Assembly: GCA_015066345.1 (NCBI GenBank)
Contig: SVOQ01000002.1
Span: forward strand, 58,659 to 122,658
Length of the DNA: 64,000 nucleotides
Source: Oscillospiraceae bacterium
Lineage (GTDB): Bacteria; Bacillota; Clostridia; Oscillospirales; Acutalibacteraceae
Direction: 5' to 3'
Below are positions 36,921 through 44,984 of the stretch, piece by piece; the first letter of the stretch is position 1; each line of letters begins with the position of its first letter. The notes beneath the pieces were generated by a model that was not told the origin of the DNA, made no database searches, and was given only the letters and a program-made list of their open reading frames with translations. Both the position numbers and the translations under genes were made by a program.

Positions 36921-38069
36921 ATGAAAAAAGCATTATGTTCCAACAGAATATTGTCTCAGACGGGCTTCGGCATTACAGGTGCAATGCTTACGGGTTCTTT
37001 TACCCTTTGCGTTTGTGCCGTAACGGGTCGTGGTCTTTTTACATTTTTGATTTGTTGCTTTGCGTGTTTTGCTTTTTCCGCTAAGAACAAAGACAGTATT
37101 TTTGCCCCACACTCATTTTTATTATTACCTTTATTTTACAGTTTTTCGGGTGGGTCTGAACTTGCCGGCGGTTTAGCCGTAGCGGGTGGCGCTCTTTTTT
37201 ACCTTTGCCTAAAAAAACTCACTAAAAGTTCCCCTGTTCCCGATTTCGTTATTTCCGGTATGGGGCTCGGCATAGCTGTTGGTGTTACGGCACTTCTTAC
37301 AAACGCCTACTTCGGTATCGGTGCAAACTCTTTTACACCTTTTGATATGTTAAAAGAATTCCGTTCATTGGGCTTTCATCCTAATTTCCGCGGACTTTTC
37401 TACGGTACTATAACTCTTTTTGCCATGATTACGTACCCTTTCAAATTCAAAAAACTCAACCGATATCTTCCCGCAGCTTTTGTTACCTTACTTATTCCCT
37501 ATATTTTCAATTTATTCCTTAATCCCCAAAGGGATTTAACCACAATCAACGAATCTCTTTCTTTGGTTTTCGCTTCTGATTTTAAAAATGAATTTTCATA
37601 TTTCACCGAAATATCCGTTAAAGATATACCTTATGTATTAAAAGGCTCGGTAGGTTTCGGTGCAATTCTTTATGTTTTCGGAAACAGTGATACTGGCATT
37701 TGCCCCGCTAACTGCGTAAGCGGTGTTTTGTCGGGACTTCCCGTGAAAAAACACCCCATAAAAAATTACGGCGTTATTTCGGCAATTGTTTCAATTGTTA
37801 TCATAACTGTTCCGGTTTTACTTTGCCCGTCAATTTTCTCAAGACTCCCATTGCACTGTGCCGGTTCAATGCTCATAGTTTCCGCTTGGCAGAGCCTTCC
37901 TGCCACATCAATAAAATCAGTATTCAAAGAACGCAATATTATTAAAGTTTTACTTATGGTTCTTTGTGCCGTGCCCTTTGTGATAACCGATGTTTTCACA
38001 AGCTCCCTCGTTTGTTTCGGTCTTTGGGCAATATTCGGTAAACTCCAAGGAAAGGAGTTGTCGAAATGA
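36921..38069 (+). CDS. polytopic membrane protein (weak SulP-like features), function unknown
   Basis: More than 10 hydrophobic segments. PDFVISGMGLGIAVGVTALL resembles a SulP core motif. 4-nt overlap with the next gene. Confidence 0.45.
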   Translation: MKKALCSNRILSQTGFGITGAMLTGSFTLCVCAVTGRGLFTFLICCFACFAFSAKNKDSIFAPHSFLLLPLFYSFSGGSELAGGLAVAGGALFYLCLKKLTKSSPVPDFVISGMGLGIAVGVTALLTNAYFGIGANSFTPFDMLKEFRSLGFHPNFRGLFYGTITLFAMITYPFKFKKLNRYLPAAFVTLLIPYIFNLFLNPQRDLTTINESLSLVFASDFKNEFSYFTEISVKDIPYVLKGSVGFGAILYVFGNSDTGICPANCVSGVLSGLPVKKHPIKNYGVISAIVSIVIITVPVLLCPSIFSRLPLHCAGSMLIVSAWQSLPATSIKSVFKERNIIKVLLMVLCAVPFVITDVFTSSLVCFGLWAIFGKLQGKELSK

Positions 38070-39076
38070 AAAAAGATAAAAAGAAAATAGCGAGAATTAT
38101 AGCAACCTGGTTAGTTACTACCGTAATGCTAAGTGTGTTTATCCTTGATACGGTTGTTCTCGTTCTTGATAACAGATACGTTTCGCAAGTAACCATAACT
38201 GACGAGGATTTTTCAGGAAAATACGGTGACGATAAAATTCATTTTCTCAACACCGCAAACTCCGACTGTATGTTAATCGAAAGCAACGGTCACTTTGCCC
38301 TTGTGGACTCGGGCGAAGGTAATGAAAACCCCCGAAAAGACCCGGGATACAAAGGTTATCGGGACGAGGTTATCAACTATATAAGAAAAGTTGCCGCCAA
38401 CGAAGACGGAAATGTACATCTTGATTTCACCCTCGCCACCCATATGCACTATGACCACGCGGGTAATTTTACCGAAATCATAAAGTGCGATGACTTTTTT
38501 ATAGACACGGCGTATATTAAGCAGTACGATTCCTCCTCAACTCTTAAGTTAGACCAGAAGAATTGGGGAAATGGCGAAATGTATAAGAACATTATTGCCG
38601 AACTTAACAAAAAACATATACCCATAAACCAAAATCTACCCGACGAGCCATTCACTTTCGGTGATTTTAAAATCCAATTCATTAACACCGTGACTCCCAC
38701 GGAAATTGACGAAGACGACGAAAATGCAAACAGTGTGGGCGTAAAAATCACAAAGGGTAATAAAACCGCTTTCCTTGCAGCGGATTTTACTTCGGGAACG
38801 GGCTTGGAGGATTATTATGCCGACAGCATCGGTGATGTTGATTTACTGAAAATCGGTCACCACGGTTATTTCGGCTCATCCTCAAAGGATTTTCTTAAAG
38901 TATTAAAACCCGAAATTGCCGTATGCACAAATCAAATCGGTAAGGTTTACCCCAATGTTAAATGGAATATTACAATGGTTGCCAAAGCACCGCTTTTCTC
39001 GACGGCACACCGAAACGGAATTGTCGCAACATTTAACGACAAAAATGAGATTATATTAACACAGAATATAATGTAA
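38066..39076 (+). CDS. MBL-fold metallo-hydrolase (ComEC-C-terminal-like)
   Basis: N-terminal TM. THMHYDHAGN and IGHHGY metal-binding motifs. Confidence 0.75.
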   Translation: MKKDKKKIARIIATWLVTTVMLSVFILDTVVLVLDNRYVSQVTITDEDFSGKYGDDKIHFLNTANSDCMLIESNGHFALVDSGEGNENPRKDPGYKGYRDEVINYIRKVAANEDGNVHLDFTLATHMHYDHAGNFTEIIKCDDFFIDTAYIKQYDSSSTLKLDQKNWGNGEMYKNIIAELNKKHIPINQNLPDEPFTFGDFKIQFINTVTPTEIDEDDENANSVGVKITKGNKTAFLAADFTSGTGLEDYYADSIGDVDLLKIGHHGYFGSSSKDFLKVLKPEIAVCTNQIGKVYPNVKWNITMVAKAPLFSTAHRNGIVATFNDKNEIILTQNIM

Positions 39077-39118
39077 AAACTTCGCGTATCAGATTTGGTA
39101 CGCGAAGTTTTATTTTAT
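39077..39118. terminator. bidirectional intrinsic terminator
   Basis: AACTTCGCGTA/TACGCGAAGTT 11-bp stem followed by TTTTATTTT. Confidence 0.85.
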
Positions 39119-39124
39119 ACTATA

Positions 39125-39685
39125 TTAAAATATACTTTGGAAAACTGAAAGCACGGGAAGAACCCAACCAAAAACATAGGGAAAACAAACGCCGTAAGCC
39201 ACCGCAAGTAAGAAAGTAAGCGAATACTTTTCGAGGCAGGACATTACACAGAAAAGTGCGAAAAACGGTGCGAAAATTATTTTCAAAAACACATTTTTTC
39301 TACCGTAAACGCTATCTTTGAAAGCCAACATATCCTCGAATGACGGTGCACAGTTTGCGGCAAAGGAAATACCCAACCATAAAAAGAGATATGAGAGTAC
39401 GTTACCCGTGTCACCGATATAAACAAGTTGGTATGCAGAACCCGAAAGGAAGTAGGTACTAAGAATAAGGTTCATCGTAAAGGGAAACCAACACATAAAA
39501 AATGATTTCCAAGGGTTTTCGGCAAGAAGTTCGTGCTCAGTATGACCGCAGAACTCAGAGTATTTAAACGCTCTTTCGTCGTAGACGGCGATTTTACAAA
39601 CACGGCACACCAACAATTCCCATAATTTTCTGAAAAATGCACCGGGGAATGTAATAATACGGGTAATTACATAGATTAAAGTCAT
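39125..39685 (-). CDS. membrane protein, function unknown
   Basis: 4-5 TM segments. ATGA overlap with the upstream TPR gene. Confidence 0.5.
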   Translation of the reverse strand: MTLIYVITRIITFPGAFFRKLWELLVCRVCKIAVYDERAFKYSEFCGHTEHELLAENPWKSFFMCWFPFTMNLILSTYFLSGSAYQLVYIGDTGNVLSYLFLWLGISFAANCAPSFEDMLAFKDSVYGRKNVFLKIIFAPFFALFCVMSCLEKYSLTFLLAVAYGVCFPYVFGWVLPVLSVFQSIF

Positions 39686-41133
39686 TCTACATCACCTGAC
39701 CCTTCCGTAAACAATTGCTCTGCGGTAATTTCGCCGAGAAGGTAATCATTTACTCTACCCGAAACGGAAAGACCGTACATTTCGAGAAGTGATATTGTTT
39801 CGTCAACAGTTTCCGTGTTACCCAGCTCATTTTCAATAACAATTGATGTATAGTAAAGTATACCGTAGCTTTCGTAAGTCAAGGCTTCATCAATTACGGT
39901 TTTAGCCTGTTCCACGTCACCTTTAACCACAAGTGCCATTGCCTTAAGTCTTAAAACTTCCGCATTCTGGGGGTCGGACTCAAGGGCTTTATCCGCCCAT
40001 TCAATTGCCTTATCTGCATCCCCCGAAAGTCTTGCAATAGTCGAGTGAAGACTATATCCGTCAGGGTCCTGTCGGTCAGCTTCAATAAGTTCTTGCGCAA
40101 GTTTTTCGGCAGTTTCAATATCCCCCGAATTTATTGATACAAGAGCATATTCATAAGCGTAAAGCCACAGATAATCGGGGTTAGCTTCATACACCTTTTT
40201 CAGGTATTCCTGAGCCTCATAGGTTTTACCCGAAGAATAAGCAAACATATACTGACAAAATCTTATCATAGCTTGGTTATAAACTACTTCTTTCACTTTG
40301 CCGTCAACTGTTTTAATCTCTACGGTAGCACCCGAAAGAGCCTCAATTTCTTTCATAATACTGTTGTACATTGTGGTATTATCGGCACTGTACTGTTGAT
40401 ATTCTTCCTTATTGACAATATCATAAAAACCTTGCATTGTAGCGTAAAGTACAAGACTTTCGTTACCGATATTTTTATATTTAGTATATTGGGGCATAGG
40501 AAGAATACTGTCATCAAAGCCCTTTGAAATGCGGTCTGCAACCTCTGTCATAGATGTGGAGCCATCGGACATCTGTATAAATATGGCTTCGGCACTTTCG
40601 AAATATAATTTACGGGCATTTACCTCTTTATTTTCGAAATAATCTATCGCTTCGTCATAAGCGGTTTTAGCAGAGGTAATATTCCCCTTTGATAAATGGT
40701 ATTTTGCCTCATAAGCCTTAGCGTAGCCATCTACATTCTGCCAGAAGCCACGCATAGCAATAATACCGAGAACACCGATAGCGAATATCAAAAGAATATT
40801 AGTAAATTTAAAAGGACGATTACGTAATTCATTGAGACACTCTTCGCATATACCATCTTTACCGTTTTCATAAGCTTCACCGCAAAGTTCACATATAAGT
40901 TCCGGTGTGTCCTCTTCATCGGTAGTGCCGTCCTCAGCTATATCGCCATCTTCAGTTTCAGTAATTTCCGATTCGTCAGTACTACCACTTTCAAACTCCT
41001 CGGTGGTTTTAGCCAATTCTTTTCTGAAAAGCTCCGCGAGAGCCTCTAATTCTGCATTAAGCTCCTCGGCATTTTCAGTTTTTTCCATATTTTCATTGTT
41101 TTCGGGATTTTCTAAAATCTTGTTGTCTTCCAA
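39682..41133 (-). CDS. TPR-repeat protein with an acidic N-terminus, Cys4 zinc-ribbon and one TM
   Basis: TTG start 7 nt after an AAGGAGG Shine-Dalgarno. CELCGEAYENGKDGICEEC. TPR-like helices in the C-terminal half. Confidence 0.65.
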   Translation of the reverse strand: MEDNKILENPENNENMEKTENAEELNAELEALAELFRKELAKTTEEFESGSTDESEITETEDGDIAEDGTTDEEDTPELICELCGEAYENGKDGICEECLNELRNRPFKFTNILLIFAIGVLGIIAMRGFWQNVDGYAKAYEAKYHLSKGNITSAKTAYDEAIDYFENKEVNARKLYFESAEAIFIQMSDGSTSMTEVADRISKGFDDSILPMPQYTKYKNIGNESLVLYATMQGFYDIVNKEEYQQYSADNTTMYNSIMKEIEALSGATVEIKTVDGKVKEVVYNQAMIRFCQYMFAYSSGKTYEAQEYLKKVYEANPDYLWLYAYEYALVSINSGDIETAEKLAQELIEADRQDPDGYSLHSTIARLSGDADKAIEWADKALESDPQNAEVLRLKAMALVVKGDVEQAKTVIDEALTYESYGILYYTSIVIENELGNTETVDETISLLEMYGLSVSGRVNDYLLGEITAEQLFTEGSGDVE

Positions 41134-41240
41134 GGAAAAACCTCCTTTGAAAAATATGTTTTTATTCTATCACCATTACGATGAAATTTCAAATAAAATC
41201 ATACATTTCTCAGGAGGTTTACAAAATATTTACTTTTTAG
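41078..41240. repeat. 163-bp perfect direct repeat, copy A (native 5' end and promoter of the TPR gene)
   Basis: Base-for-base identical by eye to 43273..43435. Confidence 0.9.
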
Positions 41241-41306
41241 TTTTTTATCGATGGATTTTTAGATCATAAAATGTTGAAAAGAGTGAAAATTCAAAGGATT
41301 ACGATT

Positions 41307-41390
41307 CAATCACAGAACCGTCCCCTGATTGGTCCCAGAACCGTCCCCTGATTGGTCGGTCCCCTGATTGGTCCTCCCCTGATTGGTCCC
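41307..41390 (+). repeat. REP-like array: CAATCACAGAACCGTCCCCTGATTG followed by three progressively truncated ..CCCCTGATTGGTC units
   Basis: Read directly. Confidence 0.85.
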
Positions 41391-41400
41391 TGTCTTAATT

Positions 41401-42282
41401 TTATTTGAATTCTCTGTCTATGTAGATTTCAACATTCGCACTTTCGGCACCTATCACCACAGAGAATTCTTTGTCTTTGGCATTTTCGATTTCAATTGTT
41501 TGTTGAGTGTTAACATCAACTCGTTGATATATTTTTGAATCGAGTAGTATAACAATTTCACAATTGCCGCTATGAACCTTGGTATCAAAGTTTAGAATCA
41601 GTGTATCTGTTTTTCCGTATGATGTCTGTATTACTTTAGTACCTGTCATACATTCCATTGTAAACTTTATATTATCATAATCATGCATAGACGCTTTAGC
41701 TCCTGATTTTTCACCAGAAGTTGCATACACAGGTCTACGACCAAAACTCGAAGTGTTTTTATACAAAAGTGTTGAATCATCAATTGTTTGTAAGTCGTAA
41801 TTATCGGGACCGTTTGTATCTTCAATATGGCGTTTATCGTTTATGCTAACCCAAACCAAAACCACCGCAAGTATAAAAATCACAAAGGATATCAAAACAC
41901 TCCAAAAAGCTATCAAAAATTTCTTTTTGTGTGCTATTTTTTCAGGAGCATTGATATCGATTGGTGCTGATTCAAATAACCTTTTCTGTATGATGATTAA
42001 AACCGTATTACACAAAGCAGATGCAATATACATTGAAACAATAAAGAATATCTTGCCACCCTCGGGGTAAATTATATAAATCAAGCCCGTAAGAAACACA
42101 TCAATAACGCCTATATACTTAATAAAAGATGAAAGCTTTGTTCTGCCTTTTTCTTTTGCATATTTTGATGTAAGATAGCTTAAAATATACGTTGACAAAA
42201 ACCCAAAAACTGAACTAATTGCCTCAATTATAAAAAGTTGCTTTTTTCCGAGTTTCTCCAATAATTTATTTAAAATCGACAT
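41401..42282 (-). CDS. cassette cargo: membrane protein (about 4 TM) with a C-terminal beta-rich domain, function unknown
   Basis: Start moved to MSILNK (AGGAGG Shine-Dalgarno). No motif I recognise. Confidence 0.5.
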   Translation of the reverse strand: MSILNKLLEKLGKKQLFIIEAISSVFGFLSTYILSYLTSKYAKEKGRTKLSSFIKYIGVIDVFLTGLIYIIYPEGGKIFFIVSMYIASALCNTVLIIIQKRLFESAPIDINAPEKIAHKKKFLIAFWSVLISFVIFILAVVLVWVSINDKRHIEDTNGPDNYDLQTIDDSTLLYKNTSSFGRRPVYATSGEKSGAKASMHDYDNIKFTMECMTGTKVIQTSYGKTDTLILNFDTKVHSGNCEIVILLDSKIYQRVDVNTQQTIEIENAKDKEFSVVIGAESANVEIYIDREFK

Positions 42283-42393
42283 CGAATCCAAATCCTCCTG
42301 TATATGGTCCTGCCGCCGGGGCAGTTGTTTTAAACTTACCTTCCTCAACATCCCAACTAATACTACCGCCGATTGTTCCTACGTAACCACAAA

Positions 42394-42418
42394 CAATCAG
42401 GGGACGGTTCTATGATTG
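42394..42418 (-). repeat. REP-like 25-mer in inverted orientation (CAATCAGGGGACGGTTCTATGATTG)
   Basis: Reverse complement of the unit at 41307 and 43210, with one substitution. Directly after the transposase stop codon. Confidence 0.85.
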
Positions 42419-42419
42419 G

Positions 42420-43166
42420 TCAGATTTTCTGAACAATATAATAACTTACCCCTGTCAATCTGCTGATTTGTCGAATAGAAATTCCCTTTTCTTTAAAAAG
42501 TTTTAAAAACTTATTTCTTTTAGCAATCGGCAAGGCTTGAAATTCTGAAACACTTTCGCATTTCGAATATTTTTTAATAATCTTGTGAGCCTCTTCGTCC
42601 GTAACTCGCTTTATATTTGATTCTTCCACATCAATACACATATCAGAACTTGGTTCGTTGTTGTATTCAATAAACGATTCCTTTTTCATCAAAGAAAAAG
42701 CTTGTTCTACATCAACAATTTGTGGCTCTTCCAAATATTCGTTATAACTACTATATCTGTAATCCTCTAACTTTTTACACAAACCGGCTTTCACCGGATT
42801 CTGATGAATATACCTGATTACTGTTAAAAAATACGAATCATCTTCAACCGGCTCACTTTTAAATCTATCTTGGAACAGATGACCTTTTCTTTGATATTTA
42901 ATGTTATACCAATAAACGTATTTGCTGCCAATTCGTTTAAAAACCTGACCTATTGTTTCATTATTAAATCTCATTAACAAATGAATATGATTACCCATCA
43001 GGCAATACGCATATATTGTATATCCGCATATTGCCTGATAGTTTTTTAATACTTCGACGAATTTTTGATAATCTTCTTCGTCTTCAAATATTTGTTGTTG
43101 GTTTATACCCCTCAACATAATGTGATATGTTTCACTTTGGCTTGTTTTTCGTGCTTCTCTTGGCAT
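42420..43166 (-). CDS. REP-associated tyrosine transposase-like (Y1 HUH, IS200/IS605 superfamily) with a C-terminal HTH
   Basis: MPREARKTSQSETYHIMLRGINQQ, LMGNHIHLL (HUH) and RYIHQNPVKAGL (catalytic Tyr region). Confidence 0.8.
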   Translation of the reverse strand: MPREARKTSQSETYHIMLRGINQQQIFEDEEDYQKFVEVLKNYQAICGYTIYAYCLMGNHIHLLMRFNNETIGQVFKRIGSKYVYWYNIKYQRKGHLFQDRFKSEPVEDDSYFLTVIRYIHQNPVKAGLCKKLEDYRYSSYNEYLEEPQIVDVEQAFSLMKKESFIEYNNEPSSDMCIDVEESNIKRVTDEEAHKIIKKYSKCESVSEFQALPIAKRNKFLKLFKEKGISIRQISRLTGVSYYIVQKI

Positions 43167-43209
43167 TTTCATCACCCAAAACAACTATATCACTTTGCTC
43201 ATCAATTGT

Positions 43210-43269
43210 CAATCACAGAACCGTCCCCTGATTGATTTGATTGTCAATCACAGAACCGTCCCCTGATTG
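43210..43269 (+). repeat. two tandem REP-like 25-mers (35-bp period)
   Basis: CAATCACAGAACCGTCCCCTGATTG at 43210-43234 and 43245-43269. Confidence 0.9.
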
Positions 43270-43272
43270 ATT

Positions 43273-43328
43273 GTTTTTTCCATATTTTCATTGTTTTCGG
43301 GATTTTCTAAAATCTTGTTGTCTTCCAA
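43273..43328 (-). pseudogene. truncated duplicate of the TPR-gene 5' end
   Basis: Same Shine-Dalgarno, TTG start and MEDNKILENPENNENMEK. The frame then reads into REP DNA and stops after about 8 more codons. Confidence 0.7.
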
Positions 43329-43435
43329 GGAAAAACCTCCTTTGAAAAATATGTTTTTATTCTATCACCATTACGATGAAATTTCAAATAAAATCATACA
43401 TTTCTCAGGAGGTTTACAAAATATTTACTTTTTAG
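43273..43435. repeat. 163-bp perfect direct repeat, copy B (contains the thiT stop codon and a duplicated TPR-gene promoter, Shine-Dalgarno and first 18 codons)
   Basis: Identical to 41078..41240. Confidence 0.9.
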
Positions 43436-44018
43436 ATTTCAAAATTTTCAGATCAGGTGATTTCAAGTCAAATACTGCACCTAAAACTGCACAACCTATC
43501 ACGGTAATAATAAGCTCGGGCAACATATATCCGCCGTTATATTCCAACGAATATAACCATACACCCTTTGCACCGTTGGTGTAGTCACCCCATATTGTAA
43601 CACCGCTTATGAAGTGGCACAAAAATCTTATAACGGACACCACTGCACCGCCCAAAGCAATGGAAACGGGTTGGTTTTTTATAACATTTCTGAACATACC
43701 GCCAAGTCCTAATGAACCGAAAGCGATAATGTAGTCCGCTAAAAGCAAGATCAAGTAAGCCACTATACCGCTTACGTATGCGAAGTTTCCGAGACCGAAA
43801 AGGGTCTGTATCACGCCCATTGCAAGGCCCGAAAAGATACCCCACTTAACACCGTAACGGTAGGAGATAACTACCATCGGCACCTGACTGAAAATGGTTA
43901 CACTGCCCCCAAAGGGGAATTTAACCACCGCAAGTTCTGAGAGAATTGTTGAAAGAGCCAACATCAACGCGGTTTCAACAATTCGTCTTATTTTTTGTTT
44001 TTTTGTTAAATTACTCAT
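43425..44018 (-). CDS. thiT: energy-coupling-factor S component for thiamine
   Basis: 197 aa, 6-TM profile. Preceded by a TPP riboswitch. Confidence 0.8.
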   Translation of the reverse strand: MSNLTKKQKIRRIVETALMLALSTILSELAVVKFPFGGSVTIFSQVPMVVISYRYGVKWGIFSGLAMGVIQTLFGLGNFAYVSGIVAYLILLLADYIIAFGSLGLGGMFRNVIKNQPVSIALGGAVVSVIRFLCHFISGVTIWGDYTNGAKGVWLYSLEYNGGYMLPELIITVIGCAVLGAVFDLKSPDLKILKSKK

Positions 44019-44035
44019 AAAAATTCCTCCGAATT

Positions 44036-44176
44036 AAAATCTCCCTACGGCGGTAACACTGCCATAGGGAGATACTTCCAGAGTTATTTTTCCTACGGCG
44101 GCATTATCCGCATCAGGTTATTAGGGTCAGAAAAGGAATGTTTTCTATCTCAGCCGACGTCCGTCAGCTCCCCTGT
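44036..44176 (-). promoter_or_regulatory. TPP (THI-box) riboswitch with a terminator expression platform
   Basis: Minus strand reads GGGGAGC...GGCTGAGA...GACCCTAATAACCTGATGCGGATAATGCCGCCGTAGGAA. It is followed by the TCTCCCTA...TAGGGAGA-TTTT hairpin just before the GGAGG Shine-Dalgarno. Confidence 0.9.
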
Positions 44177-44221
44177 TTTATTTTCGGCACGAAGCGTAGC
44201 TACTTTTCTTCGAGCAAGTTT

Positions 44222-44249
44222 ATTATAGTACTATTTTGTCTTTTGTCAA
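44222..44249 (-). promoter_or_regulatory. consensus sigma-A promoter for the riboswitch-thiT unit
   Basis: Minus strand reads TTGACA, 16 nt, TATAAT. Confidence 0.7.
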
Positions 44250-44255
44250 GAAAAA

Positions 44256-44978
44256 TTATAAATTCTTCGCCCTGAAAGGTACATTTTCTCCCGTAATTCT
44301 TCTTGAAATTCTTAAAAGAGCCTGATTTCCTTTGCTCTCATAAGGAATTTTTCGACCCTCAACGGAGTTGTAAATCCCCTGTGATTCGGGTATAACTCCC
44401 AAAAATCTTGCACCCACCGTATCAATAATTTCATCCACATTTATTGCTTTGTGAATTTTCTTATTGAATTTATTTACTACAAGACGCACATTGGAAATCC
44501 CCGCTTTGCGGACATTTCTTGCGGCATAAGATGCTGCCCTTATACTGATAGCATCGGGGGTTGAAATTATAATGCAACTGTCGGCAGTTTTTGAGGCAAG
44601 ATTAAATCCGCTTTCAAGTCCCGCCGGTGCATCAAGGAATATATAATCAAAATCCTTTGCAAAAGCTTTAAGCATATTCTCAAAACTTTCGGGAGTATAT
44701 TTATCATCAAAATCAAAGGGAGCGGGTAACAAATATAAGCCCCTGTCACCCTGTATAACTGCTTTTCTGTAATCGCAGTTACCATTTATAACGTCTCCCC
44801 AGTTATAAACGGTTTTTTCGGATACACCCAGAAGTATATCAAGACTTCTTACGCCAATATCCATATCCACGAGCAGAATATTTTTACCCTTTGACGCAAG
44901 AAGTTTACCCACACCGTAACAGAATGTGGATTTTCCTACACCGCCTTTAGCGGAAGCAACAGTAATAATTTTCATCAT
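44256..44978 (-). CDS. MinD/ParA-family P-loop ATPase
   Basis: Deviant Walker A SAKGGVGKST. 240 aa. Last gene of the mre-mrdA operon. Confidence 0.7.
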   Translation of the reverse strand: MMKIITVASAKGGVGKSTFCYGVGKLLASKGKNILLVDMDIGVRSLDILLGVSEKTVYNWGDVINGNCDYRKAVIQGDRGLYLLPAPFDFDDKYTPESFENMLKAFAKDFDYIFLDAPAGLESGFNLASKTADSCIIISTPDAISIRAASYAARNVRKAGISNVRLVVNKFNKKIHKAINVDEIIDTVGARFLGVIPESQGIYNSVEGRKIPYESKGNQALLRISRRITGENVPFRAKNL

Positions 44979-44984
44979 ATCACC

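Larger units (their letters stand above)
41241..43272 (-). mobile_element. 2,032-bp inserted cassette: REP-like array, unknown membrane protein, REP-like unit, Y1 (RAYT/IS200-like) transposase, two REP-like units
   Basis: Bracketed by the 163-bp duplication, and removing it restores a plain thiT/TPR intergenic region. Appears more AT-rich than its flanks by eye. Confidence 0.75.

Noticed and set aside
41241-41300. Possible imperfect extension of the 163-bp repeat (ATTTTTAGATCA versus ATTTTCAGATCA just beyond both copies).
   Set aside because: The similarity is only about 12 nt of AT-rich sequence, which could be chance. It is not included in the repeat coordinates.
41307-41390. Possible CRISPR array, because of tandem CCCCTGATTGGTC units.
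   Set aside because: The units are directly adjacent or separated by only 3-9 nt, with no unique spacers. There are only four decaying copies and no cas genes.
43267-43584. 105-aa ORF, and the matching tail of the 40907-41269 ORF.
   Set aside because: These are plus-strand translations of the 163-bp repeat and of the antisense strand of thiT or the TPR gene. They are not independent genes.
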